Source of the DNA: an uncultured Actinomycetes bacterium
GTDB taxonomy: Bacteria > Actinomycetota > UBA4738 > HRBIN12
NCBI GenBank assembly: GCA_963816425.1
Contig: CAWFKP010000006.1
Location: forward strand, 875,678 to 939,677
DNA: 64,000 nt
Direction: 5' to 3'
Under the pieces are notes generated by a model. It had not been told where the DNA came from and did no database searches. It worked only from the letters and a program-made list of their open reading frames with translations. Below are positions 28,739 to 37,436 of the stretch, piece after piece; within the stretch, counting starts at the first letter, position 1; each line of letters opens with the position of its first letter. Made by a program: the position numbers and the translations under genes.

Positions 28739-29404
28739 ATGGCAAGCACCGAGGACGACCTCTTCGCGTTGATCGCGGGCTCGAACGTCCGCGGCGTTCG
28801 CGCGCTGCTCGAGGAGCAGCCGTGGCTCGCGACGGACCGCGACGACGACGGCGTCTCCGCCCTGATGCGAGCGCGCTATCAGATGGACCGCGGGCTGGTG
28901 GCCGCCGTCCGCGAGCACGTCGAGGCGTTGGACGTGTTCGAGGCCGCTGCGTTCGGCGACCTCGACCGGTTGAGCGAACTGTTCGCGGCCGATCCCGAGT
29001 TGGTCGACGCGACGAGCGGCGACGGTTTCACGCCGCTGCACCTGGCGGCGTTCTTCGGACAGACCGACGCGGTGCGCCTGTTGCTGGCGCGCGGCGCCGC
29101 CCCCGACGAGCGAGGGCAGGGGTGGATGACCGGCTCGCCGCTGAGCGCCGCCGCGGCTGGCGGCCACACCGCGATCGTGCTCCTCCTGCTCGAGGTCGGG
29201 GTCGATCCGAACGTGCAGCAAGCGCAGGGGTTCACACCGCTGCACGCGGCCGCGCAGAACGCGGACCTGGAGGCCGTGCGGGCCCTGCTCGACGCGGGCG
29301 CCGACCCGTCGATCGTGACCGAGGACGGCGTCACGGCCGTCGAACTCGCCGAGCAGGCCGGCGACCTCGTGACGGTCGAGACGTTGCGGGACGCGCTCGG
29401 CTGA
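28739..29404 (+). CDS. Ankyrin repeat protein
   Basis: 221 aa. Repeated DGFTPLHLAAFFGQTDAVRLLLARGAAPD / GFTPLHAAAQNADLEAVRALLDAGADP units (about 4-5 repeats). GGGAGG RBS. Confidence 0.88.
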   Translation: MASTEDDLFALIAGSNVRGVRALLEEQPWLATDRDDDGVSALMRARYQMDRGLVAAVREHVEALDVFEAAAFGDLDRLSELFAADPELVDATSGDGFTPLHLAAFFGQTDAVRLLLARGAAPDERGQGWMTGSPLSAAAAGGHTAIVLLLLEVGVDPNVQQAQGFTPLHAAAQNADLEAVRALLDAGADPSIVTEDGVTAVELAEQAGDLVTVETLRDALG

Positions 29405-29410
29405 TGCAGA

Positions 29411-30514
29411 TCAGGCCGCGCCGTCGGACGCGAATCGGTACTCCTGGGTCTCGGAATCGCAGGGGTTGCCGCGGCCGTATCGAACGACACCGGCGGTGAC
29501 GTCGGCGATGCACCAGAACGCAGTGACGGTCGTGCGTCCCTCCGCCTCGTGACGACACAGCGAGTCGGGCGCCTGGTCGTGATCCGACAGGAACCCGTGG
29601 AGCACGTCCATCGTGATCGAGCCCGGGGGAGCGTCCGCGAGGAGCTCGGCGGCCCGCGCGTAGCGACGCCCCGAGAGATCCGCGTACGCGGGGTCGCCCT
29701 CGTAGGCGAGCATGGACCCGCAGACGTAGTGGTTCGTGTGGACGAGATGGCCCTCGGCGTCGGCCGAGGTGACCTCGGCCGCGGTGGCCGAGCCCTCCAC
29801 GTTGGCGACGGCCCCCGCGGCGTCGACGAGCACGTTGTTGTAGGAGGACGCGCGCTCGGGATGCAAGGCGACCCCGACCATGTCCGAGAGGGTGCGCTCT
29901 CGGAGCATCGCGCGGACCTGGATCTCGCGAGGGATGCCCACCCGTTCGTCGTTGGGGCTCAGCTCGTTGCCGGTGAGGTTGAGTCCCGCGTCGTTCCAGC
30001 CGACGCTGATCCAGATCCCGTTGCCGATGGTGAGGATCGCCGGGTCGCCGTCGCACGTGCGCTCGATCGCGATCAGGTCGTGTTGATAGCGCCGTGACAT
30101 GTCATTGTTGTGGGCGGTCAACGTGTGCCCGTCCGCGGTGGCGGGCGCCACGGCGACCAGGTCGCTGCAACGGCCGGCGATCGCCGCCCCGGGCACGCCG
30201 ACCGTGCGCGGCTCGTACCAGATCTCTTCGATGCAGCAGGCCCACAAGGCGCGCGGGTCGACGTGCGCCGCCTCGGCGCAACCGGCGAGCTCCTCGAAGA
30301 GCCACGGCATGATCGGACGAGTGACGTCGGCGTACCGGTCCGCGAGCGCAAGCTGTTCGGCGACGGATCGGCCCTGGGGGAGCGTCCATGCGTCGGTCGC
30401 GCACTCCCGTTCGATCGTGTCTCGGCAGGCCAGGCCGATCGCGGCGCCGACCTCCGCGTAGGTGCCCGCGACCCGCAGCAGCGGGATCGGTGGGTCCGGT
30501 GTCATGGACGGCAT
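29411..30514 (-). CDS. Peptidase C45 family (acyl-CoA:6-aminopenicillanic acid acyltransferase-like) protein
   Basis: Start at MPSMTPDPP. Candidate autoprocessing/nucleophile Cys in GRCSDLVAV. Also AHNND, VGWNDAGL, HTNHY blocks. The remainder of the 981-aa ORF is artefact. Confidence 0.7.
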   Translation of the reverse strand: MPSMTPDPPIPLLRVAGTYAEVGAAIGLACRDTIERECATDAWTLPQGRSVAEQLALADRYADVTRPIMPWLFEELAGCAEAAHVDPRALWACCIEEIWYEPRTVGVPGAAIAGRCSDLVAVAPATADGHTLTAHNNDMSRRYQHDLIAIERTCDGDPAILTIGNGIWISVGWNDAGLNLTGNELSPNDERVGIPREIQVRAMLRERTLSDMVGVALHPERASSYNNVLVDAAGAVANVEGSATAAEVTSADAEGHLVHTNHYVCGSMLAYEGDPAYADLSGRRYARAAELLADAPPGSITMDVLHGFLSDHDQAPDSLCRHEAEGRTTVTAFWCIADVTAGVVRYGRGNPCDSETQEYRFASDGAA

Positions 30515-30525
30515 GCTACGCCCGC

Positions 30526-31863
30526 TCACGCCGTCAGCGTCGAGAGCAGTTCGCCGTAGGCGTCGAGGTACCGGTCGACATCGGCGTCGGTCGTCGGGAT
30601 CGGACACGTGGGGCCGGCGCCGGGAAGCGCGTCCCAGACGCCACGATTGGCCATCCAGACTCGGAGCAGGCGAGTGAGCTCCATGTCGGCCAGGGCGTGC
30701 GCCTCGGCGCCGGTGCGAGGTTGCGGCCCGTACCACTGGCCGCTGCGCGGGCCGAACCGGATCGTCGTCCACGGGAGCCCGACCAGGGCGATCGTGTCGG
30801 CGATCCCGTCGGCCAGGCGGGCGCCGGCGGCGGCGGCGCGGGCGTAGGCCTCCGGCACGAGGACCTCTGTCAGCGTCGCCCGCGCCGCCGCCGCCGACAG
30901 CGCGTTCCCGAACAGGGTGCCGCCCGTCGCGACGTTGCGCTCCACCTCGAGCTCGGCCGCCAGCGCCGGCGTCACACCGTAGGCGCCCATCGGGATCCCG
31001 CCGGCGACCGCCTTCCCGATGGTGAGGATGTCGGGTTCGAGGCCGAGCAGGCCGCTTGCGCCGCCCTCGCCCACGACGTGGGAGTGCGTCTCGTCCAGCG
31101 CGAGGAACGCTCCGTGTTCGCGGGTGAGTCGGCGCAGATCGTCGTGCCAACCGTCGATCGGCGCCAGCAAGTGAATCCCGTTGCTCATCACGGGCTCCGT
31201 GAGGACCAGCGCCACGTCTCCGGGTGCGAGCGCATCGGCGAGCGAACCGGCGTCGTTGAACTGCGCGATCCGCACCCGACCGCTCACTCCCTTCGACAAA
31301 CCACGCTGCAAGGGGTGCTGCGGGCTGGCGTCGCGGTCCACGAGCCCTTCCTCGAAATGGCCGTGGTAGTGGCCCTCGAACAGGATCACGACGTCGCGGT
31401 CGGTGACCGCGCGGGCGAGCCGGATCGCCTCGGTGTTGGCTTGGGTGGCCGATAGGGTGAACTGCCAGTGGGTCTGGCGGGGATAGCGCCGGGAGAGCTC
31501 CTCGGCGACCGCGATCGAGTCCTCCGTGGGCAGGAGGAACTGCGTCGACAACCCGACGCGCTCCTGCACGGCGCGAACGATCTCGGGCACGGCGTGCCCG
31601 CAGAACATCGCGAGGTCGCTCGCGTTGAAGTCCACGTAGGTGAACCCGTCGACGTCGGTGAAGCTCGAGCCTTCCCCGCGGTCGATGTAGATCGGCTGAT
31701 CGTTGTCGGAGGCCATCCAGGCCATCGGCGTCCCGTTGGGCATGTGCGCCCGGGCGCGCTCCTGCAGCGCCATCGTGCGCGGCCGGTCCCCACGGAAGCG
31801 CGCGAGCTCGTCGGCGTGCAGGCGGAGGATCCGGTCGCGGTCGAGGTCGCCGTGTGCGGTCAT
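30526..31863 (-). CDS. Class III (GSA aminomutase-like) PLP-dependent aminotransferase
   Basis: 445 aa. GHYHGH, LDETHS, and a candidate PLP-lysine in LTIGKAVAGG. Confidence 0.8.
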   Translation of the reverse strand: MTAHGDLDRDRILRLHADELARFRGDRPRTMALQERARAHMPNGTPMAWMASDNDQPIYIDRGEGSSFTDVDGFTYVDFNASDLAMFCGHAVPEIVRAVQERVGLSTQFLLPTEDSIAVAEELSRRYPRQTHWQFTLSATQANTEAIRLARAVTDRDVVILFEGHYHGHFEEGLVDRDASPQHPLQRGLSKGVSGRVRIAQFNDAGSLADALAPGDVALVLTEPVMSNGIHLLAPIDGWHDDLRRLTREHGAFLALDETHSHVVGEGGASGLLGLEPDILTIGKAVAGGIPMGAYGVTPALAAELEVERNVATGGTLFGNALSAAAARATLTEVLVPEAYARAAAAGARLADGIADTIALVGLPWTTIRFGPRSGQWYGPQPRTGAEAHALADMELTRLLRVWMANRGVWDALPGAGPTCPIPTTDADVDRYLDAYGELLSTLTA

Positions 31864-31872
31864 CCGCGCAGG

Positions 31873-32433
31873 CTACCCGTGGCGGCGCTCCATCAGCCAA
31901 CAGACCGTGCGCTCGCCGTCGCGTGTGTCGGTATCGAGCACCTGGCGAACCTTGACGAAGCCGACCTTCTCGTAGGCGCGTTGCGCTCGGTGGTTCGCGA
32001 CCTCCGTGGTCAGTGCGATCCACGACGCGCCGAGATCCCGCTCGAGGTGGCGGCACACGAGGTCGACGGCTCGCGAGCCGATGCCCTGGTCGATCAGATC
32101 GGGCTCGCCGATATGGATGTCGATCCCATAGGTGTCGGCGTCTGCGCCGACGTCGATCGTTGGGTCCTCCTCGAGGTAGGGAAGCCACCGGTAGAACTGC
32201 AGGTACCCCGCGGGCCGGCCGTCGACCTCGATGATGCAGGCGGCGGTCTTCTCGTCGCCGCGCACCGATGGCGAGTATTCCTCGACGACCTCCTCGTACG
32301 TCGGCGCGGGGTCGTCCGGATCCCACCAATCGTGGACATGCGGTTCCGCGCGCCACCGGACGAGCAGCCGGTAATCCACCGGATCGTCCTGCATCGCACG
32401 GATCGTGAGGTCTCCATCGGCGACGATCACCAT
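31873..32433 (-). CDS. GNAT N-acetyltransferase, AAC(6')-Ib / Acetyltransf_8-like
   Basis: 186 aa. Collinear resemblance to AAC(6')-Ib-type proteins (HVHDWWDP...PTYEEVVEEY.PSV; GIDIHIGEPDLIDQGIGSRAV; NHRAQRAYEKVGF). Confidence 0.7.
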   Translation of the reverse strand: MVIVADGDLTIRAMQDDPVDYRLLVRWRAEPHVHDWWDPDDPAPTYEEVVEEYSPSVRGDEKTAACIIEVDGRPAGYLQFYRWLPYLEEDPTIDVGADADTYGIDIHIGEPDLIDQGIGSRAVDLVCRHLERDLGASWIALTTEVANHRAQRAYEKVGFVKVRQVLDTDTRDGERTVCWLMERRHG

Positions 32434-32498
32434 GGGAGCAAGCGTGTCAGACGAGCCGGCTACGGTCGAGGCATGGACACAGACAGCGAGGCGACGGC

Positions 32499-33482
32499 GT
32501 GACGGCCGAGGCGTGGGCGGTGTCGCTCGCCGCGGTCACCATCGGGGTGCTGGCGGGCCTCGCGATCGCCCTGTGGAAGCGACCCGTCGAGGAGGTCGAC
32601 GCGGCCCTCCGAGGTCAGCTGGCCGTGCAGTCCGCTGAGCTGCGGCGTCTCGCAGACGCTGCGGCGCAACGTGAACTGACGGCGGAACAACTCCGGCAAG
32701 GCCTCGACGGCGCCCGTCGCTCCCTCGAGGAGCTCCGGGTGCGCGACCAGGAACGGCGTGTCACCGACGGTGAGCAGCGCGAGGTCGTCCGTCGGCTCGC
32801 GACCGTGCTGGCGGGTGGCGCATCGAAGGGGCGTGCCGGCGAGCACGTCCTGCGTGAGCACCTCTCGCACCTTCCGCCGGGCATGCTGACCTCGGACTTC
32901 CGGGTGAACGGCAAGGTGGTCGAGTTCGGGTTGGTGCTGCCCGACGGAAGGCGACTCCCGATCGACTCGAAGTGGACGGCGCTCGCCGAGCTCGAGGCGC
33001 TCGAGGCCGCCACCGACCCGGTCGTGCGCGATCAGTGCGCGCGCGCCATCGAGAAGTCGGTGCTGCTGCGGACCAAGGAGGTCGCGCAGTACCTCGACCC
33101 GGCGGTGACGACCCCCGTCGCCGTCGCCGCGGTGCCCGACGCGGTCTTCGCGGCGTTGCGGCGCGCGCACGCCGACGCGTTCTGCAAGGGCGTGATCGTG
33201 GTGCCGTACTCGAACGCCTTGCCCATCGTGCTGTTCCTCTACGAATTGGTGCGCCGCTACGGCGACGCCGCCGACGTCCAGGCGAGCCTCGCGGAGGTCG
33301 GGGGCATGCTGGACCTCATGGAGGCGATCGTCGAGAACCGGTTCGCGAAGGCAGCCACGATGCTGACGAACGGGGCCGACGAGTTCCGCTCGCAGCTCGG
33401 CAAGGCACGGGGCTCGATCGCACGCGCGCATGCGGCGGAGCCGGCCGACGAGGAGTCGTCGCCGCTCACCGTCGTGAACTGA
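32499..33482 (+). CDS. rmuC: RmuC family DNA recombination protein
   Basis: 327 aa. N-terminal TM helix, then a coiled coil. RmuC core (GEHVLREHL...FGLVLPDGRRLPIDSKW...VAVAAVPDAVF). Confidence 0.75.
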   Translation: MTAEAWAVSLAAVTIGVLAGLAIALWKRPVEEVDAALRGQLAVQSAELRRLADAAAQRELTAEQLRQGLDGARRSLEELRVRDQERRVTDGEQREVVRRLATVLAGGASKGRAGEHVLREHLSHLPPGMLTSDFRVNGKVVEFGLVLPDGRRLPIDSKWTALAELEALEAATDPVVRDQCARAIEKSVLLRTKEVAQYLDPAVTTPVAVAAVPDAVFAALRRAHADAFCKGVIVVPYSNALPIVLFLYELVRRYGDAADVQASLAEVGGMLDLMEAIVENRFAKAATMLTNGADEFRSQLGKARGSIARAHAAEPADEESSPLTVVN

Positions 33483-33521
33483 GCGTCAAGGCCGACCGGT
33501 GGGTGGGCCGATACTGCCGTC

Positions 33522-34364
33522 ATGAGGAACCGGGGTCTTGCCGTGGCCGTTGTCTGCGTGGTGCTCGTCGGGATGAGGGCCACCGGCGCGGGCGCGCGAT
33601 CCGAGCGCTCGCGGCCGGCCACGAGGCTCTCGTCGCCGGTCGCCTGTCCCGGCTGCTGGCACCCGGGTCTGAAGGTGTCGTGGCAGTGGCAGTTGGCCAG
33701 CCCCCCGAAAGCCTCGGCCCTCCTGGAGATCAAGATGTACGACGTCGACGGATTCGATGCCTCGGCGGCGCTGATCACCGCCATGCACAGGCGCGGCATC
33801 AAGGCGGTCTGCTACATCAGCGCGGGCTCGTGGGAGGACTGGCGCCCGGATGCCGGCGACTTCCCCCCGTCGGTGCTCGGCAGGTCGAACGGATGGCCCG
33901 GGGAGAAGTGGCTCGATATCCGCGACCTCACCACCCTGGGCCCGATCATGCAGGCGCGCCTGGATCGCTGCGACCACAAGGGCTTCGATGCGGTCGAGTT
34001 CGACAACGTCGACGGGTACCAGAACCGGACCGGCTTCCCGCTGTCGGGTCGGGACCAGCTCCGCTACGACGTGTTCCTGGCCAACCAGGCGCACACGCGG
34101 GGGATGTCGGCGTTCCTGAAGAACGACATCGACCAGGTCGAGACCTTGCTGCCCTACTTCGACGCGGAGTTGAACGAGGAGTGCTTCCAGTATTCGGAGT
34201 GCGGCAAGCTCGTCCCGTTCGTCGAGGCAGGAAAGCCCGTCTTCAACGTCGAGTACAAGCTTGCCGTGTCGCAGTTCTGCGCGAAAGCCAACGCGAAGGG
34301 CTTCAACGCGCTCAAGAAGCGGCTCGCCTTGGACGCGTGGCGTCTGCCCTGCCGTGGGGCCTAG
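33522..34364 (+). CDS. Secreted GH114 endo-alpha-1,4-polygalactosaminidase-like glycoside hydrolase
   Basis: Signal peptide (MRNRGLAVAVVCVVLVG). GH114-like blocks (YDVDGFD, CYISAGSWEDWRPD, GWPGEKWLDIR, GFDAVEFDNVDGY, AFLKND). Confidence 0.75.
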   Translation: MRNRGLAVAVVCVVLVGMRATGAGARSERSRPATRLSSPVACPGCWHPGLKVSWQWQLASPPKASALLEIKMYDVDGFDASAALITAMHRRGIKAVCYISAGSWEDWRPDAGDFPPSVLGRSNGWPGEKWLDIRDLTTLGPIMQARLDRCDHKGFDAVEFDNVDGYQNRTGFPLSGRDQLRYDVFLANQAHTRGMSAFLKNDIDQVETLLPYFDAELNEECFQYSECGKLVPFVEAGKPVFNVEYKLAVSQFCAKANAKGFNALKKRLALDAWRLPCRGA

Positions 34365-34909
34365 CCGGCCCAGTACGCGCGCAGCGAGGGGTTCGTCCGG
34401 TCCTTCGTCGACAGCTTGAGTCGCTCATCCGTGATCGGCCAGGTGACCGCCAAGTCGGGGTCGTCCCATGCCACCGCCGGATACGTCGCGTCCGGTGACC
34501 AATGCGCATCGACTAGGTAGGCGTAGACGGCGTTCGCCGACACGGCCTGGAACGCGTTGCCGAGACCGGCCCCGACGAAGAGTGCGCGCGTCCGGTCGAG
34601 CTCGCCGCTCCACACCGTCCCAGCGGTCGGCGCGTCGGCACGCAGGTCGGCGATCGCGGCGAACACGGCGCCCGCCGCGACGTGGACGAGCTTGCTCCAC
34701 GGCTCGGCGTGGAAGCCGCGCAGCGTTCCCTCGGAGGATTCCGAGACGTTCCATTGGACCGGCTCGAAGGGTGGGAGCCCGAGTTGCGCGAATCGCTCGG
34801 CGTGGAACACCTCACGGAACGAGCCGCCGGGTCGCTCGGCGTCGTCTCGTATGTCGAGGTCGACGATGAACAGTCCGTCGATCGGCCCCGGGGTCGCGCG
34901 TATCTCCAC
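34361..34909 (-). CDS. dTDP-4-dehydrorhamnose 3,5-epimerase family (RmlC-like cupin) protein
   Basis: 182 aa, GTG start. GSFREVF, LRGFHAEPWSKLVHV, ALFVGAGLGNAF. Confidence 0.72.
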   Translation of the reverse strand: MEIRATPGPIDGLFIVDLDIRDDAERPGGSFREVFHAERFAQLGLPPFEPVQWNVSESSEGTLRGFHAEPWSKLVHVAAGAVFAAIADLRADAPTAGTVWSGELDRTRALFVGAGLGNAFQAVSANAVYAYLVDAHWSPDATYPAVAWDDPDLAVTWPITDERLKLSTKDRTNPSLRAYWAG

Positions 34910-34964
34910 AGCTGCAGCCTAGTCGCCGCGCCGGCAGTGGCCATGTGACAGTTCTACCCATCGT

Positions 34965-34982
34965 TCTGCATACTTACGCATC
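34965..34982. promoter_or_regulatory. Candidate ARG box (ArgR operator) upstream of argC
   Basis: TCTGCATACTTACGCATC lies in a locally AT-rich stretch just upstream of the argC ATG. It fits the ARG-box pattern TNTGAATWWWWATTCANW if the high-GC variant TGCAT/ATGCA half-sites are allowed. argR is encoded in the same cluster. Confidence 0.4.
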
Positions 34983-34985
34983 AGG

Positions 34986-36035
34986 ATGTCTTTGTCGCGA
35001 GTAGCTGTGCTGGGTGCCTCCGGGTACACCGGGGGTGAGCTGGTCCGGCTGCTGCATGAACATCCATCGTTCGAGGTCGCCTTCGTCGGCGGGGTGGGTT
35101 CGGTCGGCCGGTCACTCGCGGAGAGCCAGCCGCATCTGATGGGTCTTCCGGCGGCGGGACTCACGATCCAGGAGATGGAGCCGGCCGCGATCTCGGCTTC
35201 CGCCGACCTGGTCTTTTCCGCCTTGCCCAACGGGAGCTCCGCCGACCTCGCGCCTGCGATCCTCGACGCGGGCGCGCGGGTGATCGACCTCGCGGGCGAC
35301 TTCCGCCTCGAGGCATCCGCGTATCCGGAGTGGTACGGCTTCGAGCATCCGGCGCCGGCGTGGCTGGGGAAGGCCGCCTACGGCTTGCCCGAGCTCTTCG
35401 CCGATCACGTCCGCGGTGCACCGCTGATCGCAAACCCAGGATGTTTCGCCACCGCGGCGATCCTCGGCTGCGTGCCGCTGCTGGCCGCCGGCCTCGTGGA
35501 GCCCGGCGTGATCCGGGTCGACGGCAAGACCGGCGTGTCCGGCGCCGGGCGGGGGGCGCTCGAGTCGACTTCGTTCGGCGTAACCGAGGACTCCGTGCGC
35601 CCCTACCGCTTCCCGCGACACCAGCACACGCCGGAGATCGAGCTCGGGGTGGCGCGAGCGACCGGCCTGAACGTCTCGGTCCTCTTCGTGCCTCACCTGG
35701 TCCCCGCGGTGCGCGGTGTCGTCGTGACCTGCTATCTGACGGCCGCGGAGGGCGCCACGACGGAGGCGCTCACCGACGGTCTCGCCGACGCCTACACGGG
35801 GGAGCCGTTCGTCCGCGTGTTGCCGGCCGGCGCGATGGTGGATGCCAAGCGGACCCGCGGCACGAACGTGATCGAGTTGCAGGCGGTCGCCGACCCGCGG
35901 ACCGGGACGGCCGTCGTCATCGGCGCGGTCGACAACCTGGTCAAGGGCGCCGCCGGCCAAGCGATCCAGAACGCGAACCTCGCGGCGGGTCTGCCCGGCG
36001 CGACAGGGCTGCCGACGATGGCGGTGTATCCGTGA
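34986..36035 (+). CDS. argC: N-acetyl-gamma-glutamyl-phosphate reductase
   Basis: 349 aa. VAVLGASGYTGGEL, and the active-site Cys in ANPGCFATA. Confidence 0.92.
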   Translation: MSLSRVAVLGASGYTGGELVRLLHEHPSFEVAFVGGVGSVGRSLAESQPHLMGLPAAGLTIQEMEPAAISASADLVFSALPNGSSADLAPAILDAGARVIDLAGDFRLEASAYPEWYGFEHPAPAWLGKAAYGLPELFADHVRGAPLIANPGCFATAAILGCVPLLAAGLVEPGVIRVDGKTGVSGAGRGALESTSFGVTEDSVRPYRFPRHQHTPEIELGVARATGLNVSVLFVPHLVPAVRGVVVTCYLTAAEGATTEALTDGLADAYTGEPFVRVLPAGAMVDAKRTRGTNVIELQAVADPRTGTAVVIGAVDNLVKGAAGQAIQNANLAAGLPGATGLPTMAVYP

Positions 36036-36048
36036 GCGCGGACGTCTC

Positions 36049-36954
36049 ATGATGGCCGCGCATCTGCCACCGCAGATCCGCGAGCGGACCGTCGCGAAGG
36101 CGCGGACCCTGCTGGAGGCCCTGCCCTTCATGCAGGAGCACGCCGGTCGCGTGCTCGTGCTGAAGTACGGCGGCGCCGCGATCGACTCCGCGGGGCTAGC
36201 CGCGACCTTCGCCGAGGACCTCATGTTGCTGCGGTCCGTCGGGATCAAGCCCGTCGTCGTGCACGGCGGCGGTCCGGCCGTCACGCAGATGTCGGCCCGA
36301 CTTGGCATCGAGACGACGTTCGTCGACGGGTTCCGAGTCACCGACGCGGAGACCCTCGATGTCGCCACGATGGTCCTCGCCGGGAAACTGAACACCGACG
36401 TGGTGGCGGCGCTCGTCGCCGGCGGCGTCGACGCGGTGGGTCTGTCCGGCGTCGACGGGCGGCTGCTGCTCGCCCGCAAACAGGACGGTCCGGATCTCGG
36501 GTTCGTGGGCGAGGTCGTGCACGTTAAGGCGGATGTCCTGGCCACCTTGCTGGAGAGCGCCTTCGTGCCCGTCGTCGCGTCGATCGCGATCGACGAGCAC
36601 GGCCAGGCGTACAACGTGAACGCCGACGTCGTCGCCGCCGAACTCGCGGTCGCGCTGGACGCCGAGAAGCTCGTCTATCTGAACGACGTGCCCGGACTGA
36701 TCGGGCCGACTGGCGACCTGCTGAGCGAGCTGTCTGCCTCCCAGGCCAGCGAACTGCTCGTCACGCCGGGCGTGGTCGACGGCGGGATGGTCCCGAAGCT
36801 CGAAAGCGCGGTACGTGCGCTCCAGGGCGGTGTCGGCCGGGTGCATCTGGTCGACGCTCGCGTGGAGCACGCGGTGGTGCTGGAGCTGTTCACCCCCGAG
36901 GGCGTCGGCACGATGATCACGCCCGACGCCGACGTGCGCGAGCGGACGCCGTGA
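36049..36954 (+). CDS. argB: Acetylglutamate kinase
   Basis: 301 aa. LEALPFMQEH.GRVLVLKYGGAA, VVVHGGGP, NVNADV. Confidence 0.92.
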   Translation: MMAAHLPPQIRERTVAKARTLLEALPFMQEHAGRVLVLKYGGAAIDSAGLAATFAEDLMLLRSVGIKPVVVHGGGPAVTQMSARLGIETTFVDGFRVTDAETLDVATMVLAGKLNTDVVAALVAGGVDAVGLSGVDGRLLLARKQDGPDLGFVGEVVHVKADVLATLLESAFVPVVASIAIDEHGQAYNVNADVVAAELAVALDAEKLVYLNDVPGLIGPTGDLLSELSASQASELLVTPGVVDGGMVPKLESAVRALQGGVGRVHLVDARVEHAVVLELFTPEGVGTMITPDADVRERTP

Positions 36955-37436
36955 GCGGGCACGTCCGATCGCGTACGCGCCGCCACGAGACCATCGTCGA
37001 GCTGGTCTCCACCGAGCGTCTCGGCTCGCAGGAAGAGATCCGCGCCCGGCTCGCCGCGCTCGGACAAGAGGCGACGCAGTCGACGATCAGCCGCGACCTC
37101 GAGGAGCTGGGGCTCGCGCGCGTCCACGACGCCGAGGGTCTCCGCTACGTTGTGCCCGGCTCGCCGTCGTCCGTGCCCTCGCTCGGCGCCCTGCGACGCC
37201 TGCTGAACGATTTCGCGCTGTCGTGGGTCCGCACCGATGTCGGGCTGATCGTGCGAACCCCGCCGGGTGCGGCCAACGTCCTCGCGGAGGGCATCGATCG
37301 CGCCCGGCTCGCGGAGGTCGCCGGCACGATCGCCGGTGACAACACGATCTTGATCATCGGTCCGACCGGCGTGGACGCGGCGGCGATCGAAATGGCACTC
37401 ACCAACCTGACGGAGGCGAGCAACGATGGGAGATAA
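36951..37436 (+). CDS. argR: Arginine repressor
   Basis: GTGA overlap with argB. N-terminal wHTH (SQEEIRARLAALGQEATQSTISRDLEELG). C-terminal GTIAGDNTILII oligomerisation/arginine-binding motif. Confidence 0.9.
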   Translation: MSGHVRSRTRRHETIVELVSTERLGSQEEIRARLAALGQEATQSTISRDLEELGLARVHDAEGLRYVVPGSPSSVPSLGALRRLLNDFALSWVRTDVGLIVRTPPGAANVLAEGIDRARLAEVAGTIAGDNTILIIGPTGVDAAAIEMALTNLTEASNDGR

